Assembly: GCA_024275555.1 (NCBI GenBank)
Contig: JAJRYW010000332.1
Coordinates: 1 to 38,315, forward strand
Direction of reading: 5' to 3'
DNA from: Calditrichota bacterium
GTDB taxonomy: Bacteria; Calditrichota; Calditrichia; RBG-13-44-9; J075
DNA length: 38,315 nt
Part shown: piece after piece, positions 1 through 9,010 of the stretch
Numbering within the stretch: the first letter of the stretch is position 1
Layout of the letters: the number at the start of each line of letters is the position of its first letter
Position numbers and translations under genes: made by a program
Notes under the pieces: generated by a model
Seen by the model: only the letters and a program-made list of their open reading frames with translations
Database searches by the model: none
What the model was told of the DNA's origin: nothing

Positions 1-18
1 ATTTCCAATATTCAATTT

Positions 19-1491
19 TTAAAGTTTCTCCGGGTCAATGTTTATATATATATCTTTCAAATCCGAGTAGATGTCCAGGGCTTCGGTGCCGGGCTCCCGG
101 GTGCCGTTTCCGGACTGGCGCAATCCCCCGAAGGGCATGTGCGGTTCACTGCCGTAAGTTCCTGCATTGATCACCGCTACGCCGGCCTGGATTTTATGCG
201 CAAATTCGGTGGCGCGATGGATGCTGCGCGTGTGAATGCAGGCCGTCAGTCCGTAGGGCGAATCGTTGGCCATCTGCAGGGCGGCTTCAAAATTCTTAAC
301 GCGATACAGACAGGTGATCGGGCCGAACAGCTCGGTGGTGGAAATTTCATCATGAGGATCCACCTGTTCGATGAGGGTAGGGGCCATGTAAAAGCCCTGT
401 GCGTGCGTATCACCGGTCAATCGATGTCCGCCGGCCAGAATGACCGCTCCATTTTGTTCGGCACGCCTGATGACCGCCAGCATATTGTCCAGCTGTTTGC
501 GATTGATCACCGGGCCGAGGTCGTCGTTATCGTCCGGTCCGACGGTTAGTTCACCCGTGCGCTGCACCAGCATGGTACGCAGTTGATCATAGACGCTGTC
601 AAAGATAATAATCCTGCTGCCCGACGCGCAGCGCTGCCCGGCGTTGCTGAAGGCCGACAACAGTATCCATTTGGCCGCCGCTTTTAGATCTGCATCATCG
701 CAGACAACCAGGGGATTTTTGCCGCCCAACTCAAGCGAAACCTTTGCCAGGCGTGCGCCGGCCACGGAGGCGATTTTCCGGCCAACCGCAGCGGACCCCG
801 TAAAGCTGATCACATCAACACCCGGATCGGCAACCAGCGGTGCCCCGGCTTCCTCACCGTATCCCTGCACGATATTCAAAACGCCGGGAGGCAAGCCGGC
901 CTCATGAGCGATTTTGCCGAAATACCAGGCCGTGGCCGGTGTGTCTTCAGCGGCTTTCAACACAGCGCTGTTACCGCAGAGCAATGCCGGAAACACTTTC
1001 CAGGCCACATTGGCGATCGGCGTGTTGGCGGCAATAATTAGTCCGGCAACCCCCAGCGGCTGCCGCACGGTCATGGCATATTTGTTGGGCACCGCACTGG
1101 TGGTGGTCCGGCCGTAAAACCGGCGGCCTTCTCCGGCTATAAACTCGCCCAGGGCAATGGCGCCGCCGGTTTCACCCAAGGCAGCGCCGGGAGCCATTCC
1201 GGTTTCCGCGGCAACGACGGCCGCGATCTCCCGGCGGTATTTACGCAGGGTCCGGGTAATTTCATACAGCAGGTCCCCGCGCTGTACCGGTGTAAGACTG
1301 GCCCACGCAGGCTGGGCGTTTCTTGCGGCCCCCACCGCTTTGTGGACATCATCGGTTCGGGAGCGCACCACTTTATACAGTTCTTTGCCGGTGTCCGGAG
1401 ACAGCTTGCCGAATGTGTTTTGCGACATTGCCTCCGACTCTTTTCCATCAATCCAGTTGGGAATTATACCGGGGATGTTATTCGGACTCAT
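19..1491 (-). CDS. Aldehyde dehydrogenase family protein
   Basis: ALDH motifs: FTGS (NAD binding), LELGGKNP (catalytic Glu), NAGQRCAS (catalytic Cys), ELFGP, PFGG. Start set at ATG 1491 (GGGG upstream); ATG 1527 is an alternative. Confidence 0.93.
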   Translation of the reverse strand: MSPNNIPGIIPNWIDGKESEAMSQNTFGKLSPDTGKELYKVVRSRTDDVHKAVGAARNAQPAWASLTPVQRGDLLYEITRTLRKYRREIAAVVAAETGMAPGAALGETGGAIALGEFIAGEGRRFYGRTTTSAVPNKYAMTVRQPLGVAGLIIAANTPIANVAWKVFPALLCGNSAVLKAAEDTPATAWYFGKIAHEAGLPPGVLNIVQGYGEEAGAPLVADPGVDVISFTGSAAVGRKIASVAGARLAKVSLELGGKNPLVVCDDADLKAAAKWILLSAFSNAGQRCASGSRIIIFDSVYDQLRTMLVQRTGELTVGPDDNDDLGPVINRKQLDNMLAVIRRAEQNGAVILAGGHRLTGDTHAQGFYMAPTLIEQVDPHDEISTTELFGPITCLYRVKNFEAALQMANDSPYGLTACIHTRSIHRATEFAHKIQAGVAVINAGTYGSEPHMPFGGLRQSGNGTREPGTEALDIYSDLKDIYINIDPEKL

Positions 1492-1756
1492 TTTAGCCCC
1501 ACTTTTTTTAGTTTGGTAATAGTTCATCGCAGAGTCGCAGCTTCCGGCCCATAGGGCCTATGGCCTACGCCCCGGGGGAGAGCGCAAAAGGTCATCTTTT
1601 TTTCGTTATTTCGTGCTTACTTTCTCCTGTCTGGGTCCGGTTTATCCGGGTAAATTATAGTCATTATTCTGGATTCGATATGAAACATTATAAAAAGAGC
1701 GGAGCGCAACGACATCTTTCATTATTCATTCGTCCCTCATCAATCGTCATTCCCCA

Positions 1757-2569
1757 TCACCAGGCGGTGTAGCCCCCGTCCACGATGAGTTCGGTGCCGG
1801 TCACATAGGAGGATGCCGATGATGCCAGAAAAAGTAGCGGGCCCCGCAGATCTCCGGCCTGTGCCATTCTTCCCATGGGTACGCGACTGCAGAATTTGCG
1901 TTTAAACTCTTCATCCTGGTCTCCGAGCACCCCGCCCGGTGACAGGGCATTGACCCGCACCCCCCGGGGAGCCCATACTGTCGCCAGATATCGGGTCAGG
2001 TTGATTACGGCCGCCTTGGAGGCGCCGTAAGCCGGCGGCTTGAGAAACGGCGGATCGCCGGGGATGTGATCGTAAAACCGTTGATCCGGTGAAACACCGG
2101 CATACAGCGAGCCGATGTTGATGATCGAACCGCGTCCCGCTGTCGCCATCCGGCCGCCAAAGACCTGGCTGACAAGAAAAACGCCCAGCGTGTTGACTTC
2201 GAGAATTTGCCGGTTTTCTTCCAGTGGGATATCTTCCAGCAGATAGCCGTCTGCCGCAGCGGAGGGAGGTCGGTCGATTCCGGCATTGTTCACCAGGATG
2301 GTGGGGATGCCGAAGATTTCAACGCATTGTCCACAGGCGGCTTCGAGGGACGACCGGTCCCTGACGTCGGTACGGTAAAGTATAAGGCGTGTCTCATCAA
2401 AGCCCGACTGCAGCCGGCGGTATTCTTCACTGACCGGGGCATCGGGAAGATCAAGGGCGAATACCGAGGCTTGTGCCTCAAGCAGGGTTTCAATCCAGAT
2501 CGGTCCCAGTTTGCCCAAGGCTCCGGTGACGACGGCCACCTTCGATTTTAAGCTGAACATGTTATTCAA
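1757..2569 (-). CDS. SDR family NAD(P)-dependent oxidoreductase
   Basis: TGALGKLG Rossmann motif, NNAG, YGASK (YxxxK), PGG, VDGG C-terminus. The TTG start overlaps the neuB stop (TTGA, 2566-2569), suggesting translational coupling. Confidence 0.92.
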   Translation of the reverse strand: MNNMFSLKSKVAVVTGALGKLGPIWIETLLEAQASVFALDLPDAPVSEEYRRLQSGFDETRLILYRTDVRDRSSLEAACGQCVEIFGIPTILVNNAGIDRPPSAAADGYLLEDIPLEENRQILEVNTLGVFLVSQVFGGRMATAGRGSIINIGSLYAGVSPDQRFYDHIPGDPPFLKPPAYGASKAAVINLTRYLATVWAPRGVRVNALSPGGVLGDQDEEFKRKFCSRVPMGRMAQAGDLRGPLLFLASSASSYVTGTELIVDGGYTAW

Positions 2570-3645
2570 GATGCAGCGGCCTCCGCCCAGCGTTCGGAAC
2601 CATTCAGCACCTCGATGGAGATGTCGTCATCTTCTTTCAGGGCCCGGCGGGTAGCCCGCCCGATGACTTTGTCGATCTCATAAGGATGCAGACCGTCGCC
2701 CGGCGATTTGATGGCAAGGTCTTCGCGCCGGATGGTATGACCGGCCGGAAGATCCCGGGCAGCCACAATTTTTTTGCCCATCTTGGTGATCGGGTTGACC
2801 TCACTGTCATACGTCCGCTTGATCCCGTCTCCCAGGGCAGCCTTGGTACGTTCCAAATCGCGCACCATCTTGCGAAACCCGATGGGTTCCAGGGAAAAAG
2901 CATGGTCGGTACCTTTCCAGGTGTGATTGAGGGTGAAATGCTTTTCGACAATCCTGCTGCCCAGCATGTAAGCGGCTACCGCCATGGCGATGCCATTGTC
3001 ATGGGATGACAAACCGACCACAATATCGGGGAAGCGTTCGCGAAAAGTGGTGATGACGCGCAAATTCAGTTCGCTGAATTCAGCCGGATATCCTGCCGTA
3101 CACTGTAAAATGCACAGCTGGGGGTTGCGCGGCATGATGGCGTCATAGGCCCGGTTGACATCTTCCATGGTCCCCCCACCGGTACTGATAATCATTGGTT
3201 TTTGAAATTCGGCGACGTGGGTGAGTAACGGGATGTTTTTCAGCTCGCCGGATGCCATTTTATAAAAAGGCAAGTCGAGTTTTTCCAGAAAATCAGCACT
3301 GGCAAAATCAAAGGCGGTGGCAAACAGGGTGACCCCGATTTCTTTGGCGTAATCCATGAGTTCCTTGTATTCAATGTAGCCGAATTCCAGAAATTCCCGG
3401 TGTTCTCCGTAGGTTGCGCCATAGCTGTTGGGATTGTCATAGGGCTTGTTATAACCTGCCTTGGTAAACAGCGACCGGTTGTCTCTTTTTTGCAGTTTTA
3501 CGGCGTCAGCACCGCATTCTTTCGCCACCCGGAACATCTCTTTGGCGGTCTCAAGTTTGCCCTGGTGGTTGTGGCCGATTTCGGCGATGACGTAACAGTC
3601 ACTGTCGTCTTGAACGATTTTACCGTCCAGTATTATTTTTCGCAT
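2566..3645 (-). CDS. neuB: N-acetylneuraminate/nonulosonate synthase family protein (NeuB) with C-terminal SAF/antifreeze-like domain
   Basis: IAEIGHNHQG, GADAVKLQ, KMASGE, ISTG, QCTAGYP, GLSSH, EKHFTL, GTDHAFSL motifs and a SAF-like tail. ATG 3645 is preceded by a GGGAGG RBS. Product specificity is unknown. Confidence 0.9.
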   Translation of the reverse strand: MRKIILDGKIVQDDSDCYVIAEIGHNHQGKLETAKEMFRVAKECGADAVKLQKRDNRSLFTKAGYNKPYDNPNSYGATYGEHREFLEFGYIEYKELMDYAKEIGVTLFATAFDFASADFLEKLDLPFYKMASGELKNIPLLTHVAEFQKPMIISTGGGTMEDVNRAYDAIMPRNPQLCILQCTAGYPAEFSELNLRVITTFRERFPDIVVGLSSHDNGIAMAVAAYMLGSRIVEKHFTLNHTWKGTDHAFSLEPIGFRKMVRDLERTKAALGDGIKRTYDSEVNPITKMGKKIVAARDLPAGHTIRREDLAIKSPGDGLHPYEIDKVIGRATRRALKEDDDISIEVLNGSERWAEAAAS

Positions 3646-3714
3646 TGTTAGTCCTCCCTTGCAAAATAATTGGTTTCCCCGAATACAAAAATTGGTGATG
3701 GGTTGATTAGTTGT

Positions 3715-3826
3715 TGATGTGGCCGCAAAAAGGCACAAAAACTACAAAAAGAAAATTTTATACTTAATAATTACAGTAGGTTATAAGATCAAGATTCAAA
3801 AATTTTGACTTTTTACAAGATTGTCA
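3715..3826. repeat. 112-bp dispersed intergenic repeat, copy 1
   Basis: Ungapped match to 34571-34682 with 11 mismatches over 112 nt (counted by eye), same orientation. Confidence 0.9.
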
Positions 3827-3880
3827 AATATGGATTTATCCCATTATATAGGAACGAACGTTACAAACAGCGCAACGGCA

Positions 3881-4411
3881 TCATTGTTCCCGGGTCCCAC
3901 GGCCGTCCGTCCGGCTTTGTGCAAACATATCACAAACTTCACGTACGGCGCCATAGCCGCCTGGGCGGCTTGTGCGGTATACGGCGTGGGCGATAACATC
4001 CGGATGTGCGTCGTGAACCACAATGGGCAGAGCGACGCACATAAGACAGGGCAGATCGTTGATGTCGTTACCCACAAACGCTACCTCGGCCAGAGAAATG
4101 CCTGACTCCCCGGCAATACTTTCCAGCGCGGCACGCTTGTCCCGGCAGTCCTGTACACAGCGAATCTTCAGCTTGTGAGCCCGGGCTGAAACCACCGGAT
4201 TGGCCTCGGTGGAGATGATAACAGTTTCAATTCCCAGCTGTTCCAGTTTCTGCAGGCCGAGGCCGTCACTTCGAAAACAGCGTACGGCCTCAGTGCCGTC
4301 CTGCAGGACATAAACCATGTTGTCGGTGAACACACCGTCAAAATCAAAAGCGATCAGGCGAATGTTACCGATTATTTTTTCTATCTTATGAGTGATTTTT
4401 ATTTGAGACAA
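3881..4411 (-). CDS. kdsC: KdsC-family HAD phosphatase (KDO-8-P / KDN-9-P phosphatase-like)
   Basis: FDFDGVFTD (HAD motif I), SDGLG, VGNDIND, GGYGAVREVCD, all typical of the KdsC/YrbI family. Confidence 0.85.
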   Translation of the reverse strand: MSQIKITHKIEKIIGNIRLIAFDFDGVFTDNMVYVLQDGTEAVRCFRSDGLGLQKLEQLGIETVIISTEANPVVSARAHKLKIRCVQDCRDKRAALESIAGESGISLAEVAFVGNDINDLPCLMCVALPIVVHDAHPDVIAHAVYRTSRPGGYGAVREVCDMFAQSRTDGRGTREQ

Positions 4412-4542
4412 ATTTCATTCCGCCCGTGGGTGGATATCGCACTCCCGTCAAGTGCGCTGCCAATGCTAAAGCTGTTGTTTATAACCCGTCCTGCGCCAGG
4501 CTGAGTCTTGTGCCGGATTGTCGTTTTCACCTTAATTATAAA

Positions 4543-6363
4543 TCATGGTACCCTACTTGCCGTAGTTTCGTTTGAAAATATTTCCCCGGTCGTGGGTCCC
4601 GCATGGAGTTTGGGATCGGTGCCCGTTTCGGTTTTTTCCAGGTGCAGGCCGGCAGCCGAAGAAACCTCCGCCGGGAAAACCGATCCGTCCTGTATTCGAT
4701 AGGCCCGATCCGCCACTTCCAGAAGGGCGGTTTGGTGGGAGATCGCCAACATGGTAATTTCCCCCCGCAGTTTCCGTAATGTATTACAAATGGCCGCTTC
4801 ACTTACCGGGTCGAGTGCGGTTGTGGCTTCGTCGAGTACCAGCAGTTTGGGCTTGCGTACGAGCGCGCGCGCGATGGCAATGCGCTGACGCTGGCCGCCG
4901 GACAGCTTGAGGCCGCGCTGGCCCACCGAGCTGTACATGCCTTTGGGCCTTTTTTCGACAAACTCCCAGATTCCTGCCTTGCGTAGCGCTGCTTCCGCTT
5001 CCCGTTCCGTGACATTCGGATCTCCCAGAGAGATGTTTATAAAAATAGAATCGTGAAGCAGCAGCGTTTCCTGGGGTACGTAGCCGATCATGCGCCGCCA
5101 TTGGTGCAGATCCGCCTGTGCCAGCGGTAGGTCGTCGAGCCAGACCTCACCGGTTTTCGGACGTAGCAGGCCGATGACCAGGTCCACAATGGTTGTTTTG
5201 CCGGCGCCCGACGGGCCGACGATTACGGTGATTTCCCCGGCTGGAAAGACAAGCGATATATCGTTGAGGACGTTGTTTTTCGAATAAGCAAACGATACTC
5301 GCTCCAGGCGAATGGCCCGTTTTAACTCCGGTTTCCGGTCCCCAAGCTTCGGTTCGCGCATTTTCTGTGCGATCTCAAGGGTCTGGGTCATGGACCAGTA
5401 ACTGTTTTCGAGGACACTCATTGTTTGATACTGTTTCTGGATTTTTCCGAGCTTGCCCAGGATGCGGCCAAGTAGCAGGATTAAAATCATGACGGCTGTC
5501 GGTGCCATGCCCCAGATAACAATCGTCACATAGATGGCAAGCAGCATAAAGGTCACTTTCATGGCCTCCTGGTAGGCTCCCAGTGACTCTTTGCTGATAA
5601 TTTCTTTTTGCAGGGCATTTTTTAATTTATTGGTTTTGCCAATCAGGATGGCTTCCGCCCGATCTTCACGTGCCATGGCTTTGAGGGGTTTGATGGATAG
5701 AATGCTGTTGACAAATTCCGAAGACATGGACTTTCTTACTTTTACCTGGCGGCGGCCGGCCCGTCTGGCCTTTTTTACAAACCGATTTAGCGGATACCAG
5801 AAGAACAACCCCGCTGCCAGGGCAATCAGGGTCGCTTTCCAGGATACCATCATGGCGATCACGACATAAATCACCGTGTGGATAATAACGACGATGATGG
5901 AAACGCCGGTGGCATAGGCCTTGGCTGTTTGAGACGTTTCACCTCCCATGGCGGCCGCAAGCTTGCCGATGGGCTGGCTGAGATGAAATTCCCAGCGCGC
6001 CAGCATATATGCCCGTAACATTTGCTGGCGTAACTTTGTCGTTAAATGCGCCACCGTGTATCCGACGTTGCGGTTGGCAATCAGAACCAGCACGGTTTTC
6101 AACAGCATGGCGGTCAGGATCAGCATCAACAGGAGTTCCAGCGTCGGGGTCAAGCCGATGGCGTTAAAAATGTCCTGGATCATCTTCCCGGCCGCGGTTG
6201 ACTGTTTGCCGGTTGCACCCTGGGTTTCTCCCAGTGCGATAGTCAGCAGTGGCAGCATCGCCGACAAGCCAATACCTTCGGCGATGCCGGATAACAGCAG
6301 GGCGGCCAACATCGACAGGGTTCGCCACGGGTACTGTCGGAAAATGATAATAACAAGGCGCAT
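4543..6363 (-). CDS. ABC exporter, fused TMD+NBD (MsbA/PglK-like lipid or glycolipid flippase)
   Basis: Multiple TM helices followed by Walker A GPSGAGKT, Q-loop YVPQ, signature LSGGQRQR, Walker B LVLDEATTALD and an H-loop. Start placed at ATG 6363 because the listed upstream extension overlaps spt in another frame. Confidence 0.9.
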   Translation of the reverse strand: MRLVIIIFRQYPWRTLSMLAALLLSGIAEGIGLSAMLPLLTIALGETQGATGKQSTAAGKMIQDIFNAIGLTPTLELLLMLILTAMLLKTVLVLIANRNVGYTVAHLTTKLRQQMLRAYMLARWEFHLSQPIGKLAAAMGGETSQTAKAYATGVSIIVVIIHTVIYVVIAMMVSWKATLIALAAGLFFWYPLNRFVKKARRAGRRQVKVRKSMSSEFVNSILSIKPLKAMAREDRAEAILIGKTNKLKNALQKEIISKESLGAYQEAMKVTFMLLAIYVTIVIWGMAPTAVMILILLLGRILGKLGKIQKQYQTMSVLENSYWSMTQTLEIAQKMREPKLGDRKPELKRAIRLERVSFAYSKNNVLNDISLVFPAGEITVIVGPSGAGKTTIVDLVIGLLRPKTGEVWLDDLPLAQADLHQWRRMIGYVPQETLLLHDSIFINISLGDPNVTEREAEAALRKAGIWEFVEKRPKGMYSSVGQRGLKLSGGQRQRIAIARALVRKPKLLVLDEATTALDPVSEAAICNTLRKLRGEITMLAISHQTALLEVADRAYRIQDGSVFPAEVSSAAGLHLEKTETGTDPKLHAGPTTGEIFSNETTASRVP

Positions 6364-6404
6364 CGTTTTTAGAAATCCAAACTTTCTGTTAATTAAACGT
6401 CCGA

Positions 6405-7595
6405 TCAGCCGGTTTGAGCGGTTTGATAAGCGGCAGCAAATGCCTGACCAATGTGCTCGATCTGCTCCGATGTGTGACCGGCACTCATACTGCAGCGCAG
6501 CAAAGCGCCGCCATCGGGCGTGGCCGGCGGCAGCACCAGGTTGACGTACACACCGTGTTCCACCAGTCGATTCCAGATGGCCAGGGCTTCGACTTTGTCT
6601 TCCTGCCTGATGGCGATAATGGGACTGGATTCCGGTCCCAGCGAAAGACCCAGGTTCTGCAGCTTTTGATAAAGCATGTCGGCATTCTTCCAGAGGCGGC
6701 GGCGCAACTCCGGTCGCGTGCGCAAAATATTTAATGCCTTGCGTGTCGAGGCGATGATCCCCGGTGACGACGATGCAGTGAATACGTAGGGCCGGCTTGC
6801 ATAGCGCACCAGGTCCAGTTGCCGATGGTTGCTGACGCAAAACCCGCCGATGGTGCCCAGGCTTTTACTGAAAGTGCCGACGATAAAGTCCGTCTCATCT
6901 TCCATACTGGTCTCCTCGGCAAGTCCCCGCCCGTTTTCGCCAAGAACGCCCAGGGAATGGGCCTCGTCTACCAGCAGATAAGCGCCGTATTTGCGTTTTA
7001 CCGCGGCGATGTCCGCCAGGGGCGCACGATCTCCCAGCATGCTGTAAAGGCCTTCCACAACAATCAGGACATTTGTGTTGCGTTTCGCAAGCCGTCGCAG
7101 CCGTTTTTCCAGATCATTTACATCGTTGTGCCGAAAGCGAATGACTTCGGCGCTTCCCAGGCGGCATCCATCATAAATGCTGGCATGGCAGTCCGCATCC
7201 AGCAGGATGACCTCATCGGGACCCACCAGGGTGGAGAGCATCGCCAGGTTGGCAATATAGCCGGTGGAAAAGACAATCGTATTGCGGTATCTAAAAAAAT
7301 CCGCCAACTCCTTTTCCAGGGCCACATGGCCTGAAAAGGTTCCATTGGCCATCCTGGATCCGGTGGTGCCGGTCCCCGCCCGGCGGGTGGCCTCGCAGGC
7401 GGCCTTGATACAATCGGTATCAAACGAAAGCCCCAGATAATTATTGCTGCCGGCCAGGATCATGCGACGGCCGTTGACAACAGCTTCTGTGGCCGAAATA
7501 ATCTCTTCCATGACGATATTGAAAAAGGCACTGCATTGCTGTTCAATTGATTGACGGGCAGCTGCCAGCGGCTGGAATTTATCGAAAATATTCAT
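6405..7595 (-). CDS. spt: Serine palmitoyltransferase (alpha-oxoamine synthase, PLP-dependent)
   Basis: GSNNYLGL, GTTGSRMANG, DADCHASIYDG, DEAHSLG and GTFSKS (PLP Lys) resemble Sphingomonas-type SPT. The acp/FAAL/CerR-like/bCerS-like neighbours favour SPT over BioF/Kbl. Confidence 0.87.
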   Translation of the reverse strand: MNIFDKFQPLAAARQSIEQQCSAFFNIVMEEIISATEAVVNGRRMILAGSNNYLGLSFDTDCIKAACEATRRAGTGTTGSRMANGTFSGHVALEKELADFFRYRNTIVFSTGYIANLAMLSTLVGPDEVILLDADCHASIYDGCRLGSAEVIRFRHNDVNDLEKRLRRLAKRNTNVLIVVEGLYSMLGDRAPLADIAAVKRKYGAYLLVDEAHSLGVLGENGRGLAEETSMEDETDFIVGTFSKSLGTIGGFCVSNHRQLDLVRYASRPYVFTASSSPGIIASTRKALNILRTRPELRRRLWKNADMLYQKLQNLGLSLGPESSPIIAIRQEDKVEALAIWNRLVEHGVYVNLVLPPATPDGGALLRCSMSAGHTSEQIEHIGQAFAAAYQTAQTG

Positions 7596-7618
7596 TGTCA
7601 GCCATCCTCGTTCAATTT

Positions 7619-7846
7619 TTAGATTTGCAGAACAAGGTCCTCAACGGTACGTACATCCGGTAGGATATTTAACGGAATAGAGATATCAAAGCGGTCTTCC
7701 ACGATTTCCAGAATCTTCATGACTTTTAGTGAATCAAGGCCCAGTTCGCCCACCAGATCCGTCTCCGGCCTGATTGCATATCCCTCCGGAACAAATGATT
7801 GGAGGATTTGGTAAATCTGTTGCAACATGTTTCCGTTTGCCTGCAT
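7619..7846 (-). CDS. acp: Acyl carrier protein (sphingolipid-dedicated type)
   Basis: 75 aa, acidic, LGLDSL phosphopantetheine motif, directly upstream of spt. Confidence 0.92.
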   Translation of the reverse strand: MQANGNMLQQIYQILQSFVPEGYAIRPETDLVGELGLDSLKVMKILEIVEDRFDISIPLNILPDVRTVEDLVLQI

Positions 7847-7896
7847 AACCTTTCATTTCCTTCCTTCGACCTTCGACATTTATACACAGCCGTGAT

Positions 7897-8838
7897 TTAC
7901 ACCCCGGTGTGCCACTGCAAAGTGCGCTGCAGACCCTCGGCCAGCAGGATTCGGGGAGTCCAGCCGGTACTTGTGCTCAGGGCCCCATTATCGCTGATCC
8001 AGTCGGTATGCTGCAGCTCACGAATTTTCCCGGGGGTTAGCATGGGTGCATAACCGAAAGCCCGGGCGGAGACCAGGTTAAGCATGGCGATCAGTTTTGC
8101 CAGGATCAGCGGGACCCTTATGCAAACCACGGGTCTGTCGCCTCTCAGGTGTCTGGCCGTGGCGATTACATCATGCCAGGAGTATCCGCCGGGTTTTCCA
8201 TCATGCAGCTCAAACGTGCGGCCCTGACCGTTGTTGCAATTCAGCCAGCGTACAATACCCTCTACCAGGTCTTCCACAAAAATCAGAGAAAAACGGCCCT
8301 GGCCGGACCCCGGCAGCGGAGCAACGCCCCTTGCCATCCGGCGCCAGACAGGCAGCAGCTCCCGATCGCCCGGGCCATATACCGCACATGGCCGAAAAAC
8401 GGTCCATGGCATTTTAGCAGATTCAGCGGCCAGTACCTCCTCTGCCAATCGTTTGCTGGCAGCGTAAGGAGATAGCTGAGGTTCCCGGGCTGCCAGCGAT
8501 GACATCAATAAAAAACGCGGCGCCGGGTGTTGTTCGGTCGCCGCTTGTACCAATTGTGCCACGCCATTTACATTTACATGATTGAATTGCGCCTGGGTGG
8601 CTCCGCGCACCGTGCCGGCGCAATGTACTATAGTATCCACTCCGCGGACCAGCTGCAGGAGACTTTGATGGTCTTCAAGGTCGCCCTCTATCCATTCGGC
8701 GGGAAGGCCGGCGGGCCGTTTGGAAGCCGATGCAGGGCGGAACAGAGCGCGGATATGCCAGCCGTTGGATGTCAATCGTCGTATCAATGCGCCGCCGATA
8801 AATCCCGTACCCCCGGTTAAGGCTAACGTGCGAGGCAT
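7897..8838 (-). CDS. cerR: NAD-dependent epimerase/dehydratase family protein, ceramide reductase (CerR)-like
   Basis: TGGTGFIG, SSLAAREPQLSPYAASK (YxxxK), VYGPGD. Its position between the acyl ligase and acp-spt matches the Caulobacter sphingolipid locus. Confidence 0.75.
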   Translation of the reverse strand: MPRTLALTGGTGFIGGALIRRLTSNGWHIRALFRPASASKRPAGLPAEWIEGDLEDHQSLLQLVRGVDTIVHCAGTVRGATQAQFNHVNVNGVAQLVQAATEQHPAPRFLLMSSLAAREPQLSPYAASKRLAEEVLAAESAKMPWTVFRPCAVYGPGDRELLPVWRRMARGVAPLPGSGQGRFSLIFVEDLVEGIVRWLNCNNGQGRTFELHDGKPGGYSWHDVIATARHLRGDRPVVCIRVPLILAKLIAMLNLVSARAFGYAPMLTPGKIRELQHTDWISDNGALSTSTGWTPRILLAEGLQRTLQWHTGV

Positions 8839-9010
8839 GGAGCTCTCCCATCAGACGCATTTTTAAACGATTTATTCATCCGCCTTCACGTTCAAACAGG
8901 GCGAAAACCTGATCTGCAAGCTGAACAAAAAAGGCGTTCGGCAGTGATTTCCGCTGCTTCACCCGTCTTTGATTCATCGGTTATGCTTGTTTGTTGTATC
9001 AAATTCAAGG

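Noticed and set aside
3646-3738. Longer neuB N-terminus starting inside the repeat
   Set aside because: The start lies in the 112-bp repeat, and a strong RBS precedes ATG 3645.
6364-6840. 159-aa N-terminal extension of the ABC transporter in the ORF track
   Set aside because: It overlaps spt in another frame and has no protein-like features. The transporter plausibly starts at ATG 6363.
6405-7595. Annotation as BioF (8-amino-7-oxononanoate synthase) or Kbl
   Set aside because: There are no biotin or tdh genes nearby, and both the motifs and the acp/FAAL/CerR/bCerS context favour SPT.
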